A program made the translations under genes and the position numbers. The notes under the pieces are model-generated. The model saw nothing but the letters and a program-made list of their open reading frames with translations. It had not been told where the DNA came from and did not search any database. A DNA stretch of 64,000 nt from Acetofilamentum sp. (GTDB lineage: Bacteria; Bacteroidota; Bacteroidia; Bacteroidales; DYOH01): positions 7,057-71,056 of the forward strand of contig DYOH01000009.1 of the NCBI GenBank assembly GCA_020720625.1, read 5' to 3'. Below, one piece after another: positions 9,599 through 20,000 of this stretch. Within the stretch, counting starts at the first letter, position 1; the number at the start of each line of letters is the position of its first letter.

Positions 9599-10492
9599 AT
9601 GGCACTTAATCAATCAACTGTAAATCATGAAACATGCAAGGCATGTGCATATTGCGCAGATATTTGCCCAAATATGCTTCTGGAATTATCAGATGAAAAA
9701 AAAATTATTTTTAAATCCGACTTTCAAAACTTATGCATAATTTGCGGTCATTGTATGGCTGTGTGCCCTACTAATTCGATCCAGATTGAGGGTTTGAATT
9801 ACGAAACTGATTTTTTTCCTATTGACCCAAAAATAAAAGAAACGGACAGCTTTCAGAACATCATTAAGAAACGAAGAGCAGTTAGACTTTTTAAAGACAA
9901 AGCCGTTCCAAAAGAATTACTTGAAAAAATTGCCATTGCCATGACTTTTGCCCCCGTTGGATTTACACCTTCGATGCTCCATTTTCAGGTGATTTCTAAT
10001 CAACAAAAAATAAAAGAAGCTTTACCGGGGATGTTAGCTATTTACGAAAAATTTATTCGCATGATGAAAAATCCCATTATCAGGTATTTTATCAGAAAAA
10101 GTGCCGGTGAAGAAAATTATCTTAGCCTAAAAGACCATGTTATACCTATACTTAAAGCAAAAATGCCGGCCATAAAAAAAGATGGCCTTGACCCAATTTT
10201 CAGAAATGCTCCGGCAGTGATACTTATTCATGCTTCAAAAAAAGCAGCCAGCGTTACCGAAGACGGACTAATTGCCCTTAGCTATGGTTTTTTAGCTGCC
10301 GAATCTCTCGGACTAGGCACCTGCCCCATTAGCCTTATTCCACCGGCATTGAATTACGACGAAAAACTTAAACAAATTTTCGGAATACCCCCTGAAAATA
10401 AAGTAATAAGCTCATTTATAATAGGTTACCCAAAATATAGACTTAAAAAATCAATTTACCGCAAGGTACAAGAAATCAATTATGTAAGCTAA
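9599..10492 (+). CDS. Nitroreductase family protein with N-terminal 2x[4Fe-4S] ferredoxin domain
   Basis: CKACAYCADICP and CIICGHCMAVCP ferredoxin motifs; RRAVRLFKDKAVP, AAESLGLGTC and IGYP nitroreductase motifs. Confidence 0.9.
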   Translation: MALNQSTVNHETCKACAYCADICPNMLLELSDEKKIIFKSDFQNLCIICGHCMAVCPTNSIQIEGLNYETDFFPIDPKIKETDSFQNIIKKRRAVRLFKDKAVPKELLEKIAIAMTFAPVGFTPSMLHFQVISNQQKIKEALPGMLAIYEKFIRMMKNPIIRYFIRKSAGEENYLSLKDHVIPILKAKMPAIKKDGLDPIFRNAPAVILIHASKKAASVTEDGLIALSYGFLAAESLGLGTCPISLIPPALNYDEKLKQIFGIPPENKVISSFIIGYPKYRLKKSIYRKVQEINYVS

Positions 10493-10523
10493 AGCAGCTC
10501 CTTCTTTTACAAAAAAATAGATT

Positions 10524-12119
10524 ATGAAACTGATTGATCAGCATACAAAAAAAATAATGGAAGAATGCAAAAGCAGAGCCCGCGACCATGGTCTGAAATT
10601 CGACAACCAAACGCTGGAGTATATTGTGAGTAACCGCGATATGATTTTGCTTTCGCCCAAAGGAATGATACCAACACTCTACGATTACTGGGTAGACGAT
10701 GTGGAGGTGCTGAAAAAAGAAGGCGAGTACAAACTTTATCCGTCAAATCCATACGAAACTGTTATTAATACACGTCCGGCTGTTTCTTTTTACAACGACA
10801 ATAATCCGGATTGGATGAATATCATGATTTTTTATCATGTATTGGCACACATCGATTTTTTCCAAAATAATATATTTTTTCGTCAAACATGGGATTATGA
10901 TTTTGCAGGAAAAGCGCTTTCCGGCAAAAGATTACTCGATAGTTTGCGCAGCGAGCATGGTCGATGGGTAGATTACGTTATAGAATTTGCCCGAGCCATT
11001 GATAATTTGGTTGGATATCATTCCAAAAATGCTGCATTTAGGTTCTCTACCCGGCTAGAAACTAGTCCTGAAATTAATTTTTACTTTCAGGTATTTCTTC
11101 AAGAACTTATTAAAGTGCCTGAGCACATTATTTATAAAGAGGTAGAAAAATACAACGAATTTTTGATGCAAAACAGCACTCTGGGCGAAAAACTATTTTT
11201 GGCCGAGGTAAAAAGAAAATTTCCGGAATTCGATTCAAAATTTAAAAAATATTTGCCAAAAAAAGAAAGAGAACCGGATATTATCGAATACATTGTTCGG
11301 AATTCAGCTTTTTTAAACAAAGATCAAAACAAATGGATGAATCAGGTAATTGAAATAGTGCACGAAACATCGCTTTATTTTGCTCCGCAGATAAGAACCA
11401 AAACCATAAACGAGGGATGGGCAAGCTATTGGCACGATTACTTGTTCCGCAAAGATGAAAGAATTAGCGGTCACGAAAGTGCTTATGCTAAAACAAATGC
11501 AGCAGTTACATCGATAAACCGAATCGGATTAAATCCGTATGCTGTTGGTTTACGGCTATTTCAGCATATCGAAGAGATGGCCGATAAGGGGCAATCGGGC
11601 TACGATTATCAAAAATTGCGGAACAAACAAGAACGCGAAAATTTCGATAAAAACCTAAATAAAGGTAAGGAAAGCATTTTCGATGTGCGCGAAAATTTTA
11701 ACGATTTCATGCTCTTTAATACCTTTGTAAATCAAGACTTTACAGACAAGCATAAACTTTTTACCGTTGGAAAAAGACTCAATGAGCAACAAGGTGTGGT
11801 AGAATACTTTATAAAAAGCAAAAAAGCAAACGATTATAAACAAATGCTAATTAATTCGCTCTATCATCCGCCATATATCATTATAAACAAAGAACATACA
11901 AACGAGAATAATCTGTACCTGCAACATCAGTTCGAAGGCAAACAACTTTATCAGGATTTTATTCCGGATACCTTGTTGGCCATATCGTTTTTATGGGGAA
12001 ATCAGGTTCAACTGGAAACTACAGAAATTCTTAAAAAGCAAAATCAGTCGGCGGATTTTCGACGAGTTATCTACACTGTTAAAAATAAGCAAATTACTAA
12101 AGTTTTAGTTTCAAAATAA
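10524..12119 (+). CDS. spoVR: SpoVR/YcgB family protein
   Basis: YETVINTRP, HVLAHIDFFQNN, YFAPQIRTKTINEGWASYWH and NPYAVG are SpoVR signatures. Confidence 0.92.
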   Translation: MKLIDQHTKKIMEECKSRARDHGLKFDNQTLEYIVSNRDMILLSPKGMIPTLYDYWVDDVEVLKKEGEYKLYPSNPYETVINTRPAVSFYNDNNPDWMNIMIFYHVLAHIDFFQNNIFFRQTWDYDFAGKALSGKRLLDSLRSEHGRWVDYVIEFARAIDNLVGYHSKNAAFRFSTRLETSPEINFYFQVFLQELIKVPEHIIYKEVEKYNEFLMQNSTLGEKLFLAEVKRKFPEFDSKFKKYLPKKEREPDIIEYIVRNSAFLNKDQNKWMNQVIEIVHETSLYFAPQIRTKTINEGWASYWHDYLFRKDERISGHESAYAKTNAAVTSINRIGLNPYAVGLRLFQHIEEMADKGQSGYDYQKLRNKQERENFDKNLNKGKESIFDVRENFNDFMLFNTFVNQDFTDKHKLFTVGKRLNEQQGVVEYFIKSKKANDYKQMLINSLYHPPYIIINKEHTNENNLYLQHQFEGKQLYQDFIPDTLLAISFLWGNQVQLETTEILKKQNQSADFRRVIYTVKNKQITKVLVSK

Positions 12120-12128
12120 GCTACAACG

Positions 12129-14432
12129 ATGAACAAAAATAAGCCTTTCAGGCATTTATCCATAGAGGAGAATCCGGAAATTGCGCAAAAATTAAGCACC
12201 TTGATGCGAAATTTAAGCGATAGCCTGCTCGATAGCACAAAAGTACCCTACAGTTTTCACGATTTTATTTTTCAGTTATCGAGAACTCCAAATCTTATTC
12301 TTCGCGATAGTTTTCAGTTATTTACCGATATGGTAAATCATTACGTAAAAAAAGAGAAAAACGAAGAAAAACTTAGTTTCCGCGATTACAACACGGCCGG
12401 ATTATTTATCAAAAATACTGAAAATCCGTTTTTTGCAGACAATATGTTTGCCAATAGATTTATGGAGCTAACCAAAAGTATGCGCAAAGGCATGCAAACA
12501 AACCGCATATTCCTATTTGAAGGCCCGCCGGGAAGCGGCAAAAGCACATTTTTGAATAATTTGCTCGACAAGCTCGAAGAATACACCGAAACCCCCCAAG
12601 GAATTATGCTTTCAACGGTTTGGCATATCCATTTAAAACAATTAGGAAAAATCTCGTTATTTGAACAAAAATTAAGAGAAATTGCTGAAAAATCGTGTGA
12701 TACAGAATTAAAACAATTTCTGAGTTCCAACGAATTTCTAAAAATACAAAATAAAAGCGATTTCCTTGAAATCAGTTGCCCCTATCACGACCATCCGATT
12801 ATTCAAATTCCAATACATATACGTAAAGAATTTTTAGACACAGTGATTGAAGACCAGAACTTTAAGGACCGGCTTTTTAACGACAGGCAATACGATTGGG
12901 TACTTAAAGAAAAACCATGCCACATTTGCTCTTCCATTTACGATAGTTTATACGACGCGCTTAATAGCCCCGACGAAATACTACCGATGCTGCATGCTCA
13001 GGTTTTTACATACAACCGAAAATACGGTAAAGGAATAACCGTTTTTAATCCCGGAGATCCTATTATGAGTCCTTCTATAGAAAACTCAGCCATGCAAAAC
13101 AAACTGCATCAATTGTTTAGCAACGATAAAATAAGATTTGTATACTCGCCTCTGGCCTATACAAACAATGGCGTTATGGCTATTATGGATGTGAAAGAAA
13201 ACAATATACACAGACTAAAAAACCTCCATTCTACTATCTCCGATGGAATTAATAGGGTTGATATGTTCGAAGAAAGAATAAGTACCCTGTTTTTAGGTGT
13301 AATTAATCCGGAAGATAAAGCCCACTATGCCAATTTAAGCTCGTTTCAGGATAGAATAATTACTATAAATATACCATACACTCTTGATTACGAAACTGTT
13401 GTAAAAATTTACAAAAACAAATACGGAAATAAAATAGGCGAACACTTCTTACCCGGAGTTTTAGATAACTTTGCCCGAATTATAGTTTCTACCAGATTAG
13501 AGGAAACCAAAGCCATTAAAAACTGGATAAAAAACCCAAAAAATTACAAATTTGCCGACGATAAATTGTTTTTAGTTAAAATGGAAATCTATACCGGAAC
13601 TATCCCAAATTGGCTTACCGACGAAGATAAAAATAATTTTACCAAAGAAATAAGAAAAGAATTGCTTGATGATTCAGCTTTGGAAGGATTAAAAGGCATT
13701 TCGGGACGAAAAGCCCTCAATATTTTTAATACCTTCTTTACCAAATATACAGCACGACAAGGAATGCGCATTACCATGGACGAAGTAATTGATTTCTTTA
13801 CCAAGGAAAACCCGGATTTAAAAGAGCTTATTCCTCCCAATTTTCTGGAAGCACTTACCCGACTTTACGATTATTCGGTTCTTCAACAAGTTAAAGAATC
13901 TATTTATTTCTTTAATACAGAGCAAATTGGAAGAGATATCAAAAATTATCTGTTTGCCATTAATTTCGATAATCAACAATCGCTGGTTTGCCCCTATACC
14001 AACGATAAAATTTTGATAAACGAAGATTTTTTCAAAAATTTTGAGGCCATTTTTTTAGGTACTCTCAGCAAACCAGATGAACGCAAAAAGTTTAGAGAAA
14101 ATACTTTAAAAGAATATATCAGCAAAACACTGAGCCAGGAAATGAATGTGGATGCTAAAGAAATTGGCGATACACTTCAATACAAATATCTTTTTGCTCG
14201 TTACACAGCCAATTTGAAAGAACATGCCCTGGCTCCATATTTAAATAATGCCAATTTTAGACGAGCAATTTTGGATTATGGCGAAAAGAAATTCCAAAAT
14301 TACGACGAAAGGCTCAAAACAGATGTTTGTAGGCTGATAAACAATCTCAAAAAAATACAAAATTATTCAAAAAAAGGTGCACAACAGATATGCATATATG
14401 TAATAGACAAAGATTTAGCAAAAAAATACTAA
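12129..14432 (+). CDS. PrkA-like AAA+ protein, paralogue 2 (degenerate Walker B)
   Basis: Walker A GPPGSGKS, CPYHDHP and CHIC motifs, FQDRI, IPYTLDY, EGLKGISGR; the apparent Walker B reads AIMDVK. Confidence 0.8.
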   Translation: MNKNKPFRHLSIEENPEIAQKLSTLMRNLSDSLLDSTKVPYSFHDFIFQLSRTPNLILRDSFQLFTDMVNHYVKKEKNEEKLSFRDYNTAGLFIKNTENPFFADNMFANRFMELTKSMRKGMQTNRIFLFEGPPGSGKSTFLNNLLDKLEEYTETPQGIMLSTVWHIHLKQLGKISLFEQKLREIAEKSCDTELKQFLSSNEFLKIQNKSDFLEISCPYHDHPIIQIPIHIRKEFLDTVIEDQNFKDRLFNDRQYDWVLKEKPCHICSSIYDSLYDALNSPDEILPMLHAQVFTYNRKYGKGITVFNPGDPIMSPSIENSAMQNKLHQLFSNDKIRFVYSPLAYTNNGVMAIMDVKENNIHRLKNLHSTISDGINRVDMFEERISTLFLGVINPEDKAHYANLSSFQDRIITINIPYTLDYETVVKIYKNKYGNKIGEHFLPGVLDNFARIIVSTRLEETKAIKNWIKNPKNYKFADDKLFLVKMEIYTGTIPNWLTDEDKNNFTKEIRKELLDDSALEGLKGISGRKALNIFNTFFTKYTARQGMRITMDEVIDFFTKENPDLKELIPPNFLEALTRLYDYSVLQQVKESIYFFNTEQIGRDIKNYLFAINFDNQQSLVCPYTNDKILINEDFFKNFEAIFLGTLSKPDERKKFRENTLKEYISKTLSQEMNVDAKEIGDTLQYKYLFARYTANLKEHALAPYLNNANFRRAILDYGEKKFQNYDERLKTDVCRLINNLKKIQNYSKKGAQQICIYVIDKDLAKKY

Positions 14433-14533
14433 AAAAAGAAACGGAAAATTTAAAATGAATATTTTTTTCCATTTTCAGCATGTTTTACACCAGGAAATAA
14501 AGCAAAAGCCATTTTATTATTGCTCAAATATGC

Positions 14534-14541
14534 TATTTTTG
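14534..14541 (+). promoter_or_regulatory. Bacteroidota -7 box (TATTTTTG) for mutS2-tamB
   Basis: TAnnTTTG 17 nt upstream of the GTG start. Confidence 0.5.
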
Positions 14542-14558
14542 TCTAAAACTTAAATAGT

Positions 14559-17057
14559 GTGATTTATCCAAAAAATTTCGAAGAAAAACTGGGTTTCGAC
14601 CAAATAAGATTACTCTTAAAACAGCACTGCCTAAGCAATCTGGGAAAAGAACAGGTAGATGAAATGCGTTTTATGACCAAACATGCCAATATTGAGAAAC
14701 AAATAATATTGACAGAAGAATTTAAACATATTCTGATGTTTCAATCAGATTTTCCTACATCCTATTTTATAGACCTTCGCCAGGCACTAAGTAAAATACA
14801 TATAGAAGGCACTTTTTTAAGTCAAACGGAACTTTTCGATCTTAAAAAATCGCTTTCGACTATAAAAGATATTGTACAATTCTTTAAAAATACAAAGGAA
14901 GAATATTATCCGGAACTCAAAAAAATAGCAGCCCAATTTAATCTATATCCCTTTATTTTTCAACGAATCGAAAGCATTTTAGATAAATATGGCGATATAA
15001 AAGATAGTGCATCTGCAGAACTTGCCAGAATAAGAGCAAGTTTGCAATCTAAACGCAATGCCATTTCGAGGCGTGTACAATCGGTTTTGCGAAAAGCTCA
15101 GGAAGAAGGAATTGCAGAGAGCGATGCCGAAATAACCATTCGCGATGGCAAAATGTTGATTCCCGTTTTGGCTACAAACAAGCGAAAAATTCCGGGCTTT
15201 ATCTACGACCAATCGGCTACCGGAAAAACATTTTTTATTGAACCAGCCGAAGTAATCGAACTTGATAACGAAATAAGCGAACTTGTTTATGAAGAAAGAA
15301 GAGAGATTATCAAAATACTTACCATCTTTTCCAACGAACTCCGACCCTATTTGCCAGAACTACAAGTATCTTATCAAACTTTAGGCGTTTTCGATTTTAT
15401 CAGAGCAAAAGCACTTTATGCCATTAACATTGATGCCGTAAAGCCGCTTATCATGGAAAATAAACCTTGGCTAAACTGGCAAAATGCAAAACATCCGGGA
15501 TTATTGCTTACCCTGAAAAAAGAAAAACGCGAAATTGTGCCACAAGATTTGTTTTTTACCGAATCAAACCGAATTATTCTTATTTCCGGACCAAATGCAG
15601 GAGGTAAATCGGTATTGCTAAAAACCGTAGGCCTTATTCAATACATGTTTCAATGCGGATTGCAAATTCCTGTCGGACATAATTCCGAAGCCGGTATTTT
15701 TGAGCATATTTTTATAGATATTGGCGACGAACAGTCTATTGAAAGCGATTTGAGCACTTACAGCTCACATCTTATCAATATGAAGCATTTTTTAAAACAT
15801 GCCAATGATCAAAGCATTATTCTAATAGATGAGTTTGGTACCGGAACTGAGCCGCTTTTGGGTGGAGCAATTGCCGAATCTGTTTTGGAACAGCTTAATA
15901 ATCAAAAAACTTATGGAATAATTACCACACACTATACCAATTTAAAGCACTTTGCCGGAAATACCGAAGGTATAGTAAACGGCGCAATGCTCTATGATTT
16001 ACAAAACCTCGAACCACTATACAAATTGCGTGTAGGAAGCCCCGGAAGTTCTTTTGCTTTCGAAATTGCCGGAAAAATTGGACTGCCTCGGGAGATTATT
16101 GAAAAAGCTTCTGCAAAAATCGGCATAGAACATGTAAACTTCGACAAAAACTTAAAAGCCATTGAACGCGACCGTGCTTATTATCAGGAAAAAAGAAAAA
16201 GTATTAAGCTACTCGAAAAAAAGCTGGAAAAAAAAATGGCCAAACACGATGAAATGATGGAAAAAGAGCTAAATCAACGAAAAAAAATAATTGATGATGC
16301 TAAATCCGAAGCCCAAAGTTTTCTAAAAGATTTGAACAAAAAAATAGAAAATACCATTTTTGAAATTCGACAAGCACAAGCCGAGAAAGAAAAAACCAAA
16401 GTGCTTCGAAAAGAAATTGAACAAATAAAAGTGCAGGCAGAAAATTCGCTATTGGAACAAGAAGATGCAGTGCTAAAGAAAATGGAAAAACTGCGCAAAA
16501 AACAGCTTGAGAAAGCCCAAAACAAAAAAAACAATCAACAGAAAAATCAAAATACAGTTGAGCACACTGAAACTGATATTCAGGAAGATAAAAAACCCGA
16601 AGTTGGCGACAACGTTAGAATTTACGGTCAGGACAGCACTGGCATTATCGAAGAAATAAAAAATAAAACAGCTTTGGTAAATTTTGGAAGCGTTAAAGCA
16701 TTTATTAGTTTAAAAACCCTCGAAATAATTAAAAAACAAGTACAAACTAATCATAAACAACCAAAAATAGCTTTTAAACTTTCGGATACCGACCAAACAA
16801 AGAGCATATTTATGTTCGGATTAGATGTTCGCGGAAAAAGAACCGACGAAGCCCTAAGTGCTGTGGCCAAATATATGGACGAAGTAATTGTGAATCAGGC
16901 TTCCGAAGTTAAAATTCTCCACGGAACAGGGAATGGAATTTTACGACAATTTATTAGAGAATATTTGCAAACAGTAGATTTTGTAGTTTCGGTAAAAGAC
17001 GAAAAAGTAGAACTTGGCGGCACCGGAATTACCGTAGTTAATTTAAAATATCGCTAA
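14559..17057 (+). CDS. mutS2: Endonuclease MutS2 (Smr-domain ribosome-collision/anti-recombination factor)
   Basis: SGPNAGGKS Walker A, DIGDEQSIE, DEFGTGT, coiled coil, KOW region, C-terminal Smr (LDVRGK...ILHGTGNG). Confidence 0.95.
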   Translation: MIYPKNFEEKLGFDQIRLLLKQHCLSNLGKEQVDEMRFMTKHANIEKQIILTEEFKHILMFQSDFPTSYFIDLRQALSKIHIEGTFLSQTELFDLKKSLSTIKDIVQFFKNTKEEYYPELKKIAAQFNLYPFIFQRIESILDKYGDIKDSASAELARIRASLQSKRNAISRRVQSVLRKAQEEGIAESDAEITIRDGKMLIPVLATNKRKIPGFIYDQSATGKTFFIEPAEVIELDNEISELVYEERREIIKILTIFSNELRPYLPELQVSYQTLGVFDFIRAKALYAINIDAVKPLIMENKPWLNWQNAKHPGLLLTLKKEKREIVPQDLFFTESNRIILISGPNAGGKSVLLKTVGLIQYMFQCGLQIPVGHNSEAGIFEHIFIDIGDEQSIESDLSTYSSHLINMKHFLKHANDQSIILIDEFGTGTEPLLGGAIAESVLEQLNNQKTYGIITTHYTNLKHFAGNTEGIVNGAMLYDLQNLEPLYKLRVGSPGSSFAFEIAGKIGLPREIIEKASAKIGIEHVNFDKNLKAIERDRAYYQEKRKSIKLLEKKLEKKMAKHDEMMEKELNQRKKIIDDAKSEAQSFLKDLNKKIENTIFEIRQAQAEKEKTKVLRKEIEQIKVQAENSLLEQEDAVLKKMEKLRKKQLEKAQNKKNNQQKNQNTVEHTETDIQEDKKPEVGDNVRIYGQDSTGIIEEIKNKTALVNFGSVKAFISLKTLEIIKKQVQTNHKQPKIAFKLSDTDQTKSIFMFGLDVRGKRTDEALSAVAKYMDEVIVNQASEVKILHGTGNGILRQFIREYLQTVDFVVSVKDEKVELGGTGITVVNLKYR

Positions 17058-17058
17058 T

Positions 17059-20000
17059 TTGAAAACCAGAAAGCCAATAAACCGCTACTTCGTAATACTT
17101 ATAGTTTTTACAGAACTATTTGTTTTACATTGGCTTGCATTATTCATTATAAATAAATTACCCATAAAACAAAAATTACTAAAAACAATTACCGAACAAG
17201 CAGAAAAGTACCTGCATGCAAAAATAAGCCTCCAGGACATAAAACTAAATCTTACCGGTTTTACGATTGAAGGAATTACCGTTTTCGATCACAACAAAGA
17301 TACAATGCTCCATGCCGGCAAAATTTTTCTCTCTCTGCCTTATATCAACACAGAAAAACAGAGTATTAAGGCATACAAAATTGCTGCCAGCCATATTTAT
17401 TTTTACCATCACACGGACAGTTTGGGAATAAACAACCTAAGCAAGTGGCTGGAGAATTTTAACTCGGAGCCGGATTCTACTGAACTAAAAACTTCTAATC
17501 CATGGAAAATAGATGTCATGCAAATTGTACTGGAGAATTTACAATTAATCTCCAAATCAGATTCAGTAGCCGAAACTCCCGGCTTTTTCAACAGCAGCGA
17601 TATACAAATTCTCGCACAAACAGAAATTCATGATTTCAATTTAGAAGGAGATATTATCTATGCAAGAATCAAAAAACTCAGTGCCTTCGAAAAATCCGGA
17701 TTAACGCTCAGGCAGCTCGAAGCGGAAATAAATTTCCATCCAAGCGAAATTAGCATCGCAGATTTGCACCTGGCGCTCAATAATTCTGATTTTTATTTTA
17801 CACAAATTTTACTTAACCCCGATAGTGCCTACAATTACGCCAATGTATACGAATCAGGAAAAATTAAAGTCTATCCGCATGCCACAAAACATAACACACT
17901 AAACACAAGCGATTTAAAATACTTCAGCAATAAGATACCAGTTCTTGAACTTCAATTCACAGGAATAATCAAAGGAAATATGCACAGTATTCAAGTGCAA
18001 AATTTTAATCTTTCGTTGGGAAATCATACCCGATTATTTACCAATGCAAAAGTTGAAAATGCTTTCGATTTCGAAAATTTGAGATTCAAAATACCACTTT
18101 TACAGGTAAATTCAAATATCAACCTACTAAACAAAGACTTAGGTAATATTTTAGGAGTAGCTTTGCTTAGCGACACATTATCTATTGTAAATTTCAAACT
18201 AAAAGCCGATGGTTCTCTTAAAAATGCGTTTATTGATGCGCAATTGCATACAATTTTCGGAAATATTTTTCTAAATACCAGATTAGATTATAAGCATGAA
18301 ACCTACCTTGCCGAAGGTAAAATATGGTCCGATGAAATGAAAAGCGAGAAATTGCCTTTTCTGCCCTACGACAGCCTGAAATTGCAAACGCAAAATAGTT
18401 TTCTGGCCTTATACTCCAAAAATAATCTCGAAATTACTGCCAAAGGAAAAATTAGCGAAATTGAAATAGACGAAACCCGCCTAGATTCGGTATTCTATGA
18501 TTTTAATATGGCCGATAATCAAATCCGGTTTAGCTCCAGTTCCTTAGATGCTCATTTAAATTTCAACATTAAAGGCAATTTAAATCTGAATAATAGTAGC
18601 ATTATCGGCAAAACAGCATTTGAGATAAACCGGGTCGACCTGAAAAAACTAAGAATAGATAATTCCGACTTCAATAATATTCTAAAAATAGACCAAATTA
18701 TAAGCGAATTTCAATATACCAATATTGATAGTTTTGGTGGCTTTATCGACATAAAAAACCTAAAAATTGCATCGGTTGAAAAAGCATTTATTTTAAAAAG
18801 ACTTATCCTTACAGCAGATTCTGTAAAAAACGAGAAAAGAATAAAATTGGTCTCCGATTTTGTGAATGGAAGCATACAAGGCAAATTTACAGTACCCGAT
18901 TTATTTGAAGCCGGATTGTTTACACTAAATCAGCATCTTCCAACTGTTTTTCAAACAGAGGCACTTTCTTCGGAAGAACTAAGCATGAATCACCCAATGC
19001 AATTCGATTTGCTCGATGAAACAAAAAAACTAAATTTTAATATCCTTATAAAAGATTTATATCCGCTTACAAACGTATTTGCTCCAGATTACTATCTAGC
19101 ACCAAACACCCGAATCAATGGTTTTTATTTTCTGGATTTAAATAAGCTTGAATTTAGCGTATATACCGACTCTATTAGCGTTGCCGACAATAAAATTAAA
19201 AACCTTACATTTGAAGTAAAAAACTATTCCGATAAAATTCATGTTAATGCATTTAGCGAGGGAATTAACCTAAGTAACCAAATATATCTCGACCAATTTA
19301 CCATGGACTGGTTTATTTTCCGCGATACTATTGGTTTTGAGTGTAACTGGGGAAATTTTTCTACCTCGGATGCCAATAGCGGTGAAATAAAAATGCAAAT
19401 CGTTCCTACTAAAGTAGATACAAACGTTGTTTACAATTTTCACATCTTTCCTACAGAACTTACCATTAACAACAAAATATGGGAAATTGCCCAATCCAAG
19501 ATAAGCATTGCTCCCGACTCTATTTTGGTTAGCCTTTTTGAAATTTCACAGCAAAATCAGAAAATTGGCATCAATGGCAAAATATCTCAGAACGAAAAAG
19601 ATGCTCTCAAAATTTCTTTCAACCAATTTTTACTCGAAAACTTTAATTCGTTTTTGGCATCATCAGGCATTAGCCTAAGTGGCATTATGAGCGGCCAAAT
19701 GGCCCTGCATAATTTATTGCAAATGCCATATTTCTTTGCTGACGATACAATCATAGACTTCTCTCTAAATAAGCAGCTTATGGGCAATACTTATTTATTG
19801 ACAAATTACAACGCAGCCGAAGAAAAAATTAATCTTAGATTATGGGCTGAAAAAGGACTTCGAAAAAAAACCACAACCCTACTTATTGATGGTTATTACC
19901 AACCGGCAGATAATTTCTTTCAACTCGATACCATCAAAATAGACCAACTCCCTATAAAAACCTTTGAACCATTTCTTAGCGGATATTTATCGACACCAGT

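Noticed and set aside
10524..12119. Sporulation inferred from SpoVR and SpoIIE domain names
   Set aside because: Both families are widespread in non-sporulating bacteria, and the context is a diderm Bacteroidota genome.
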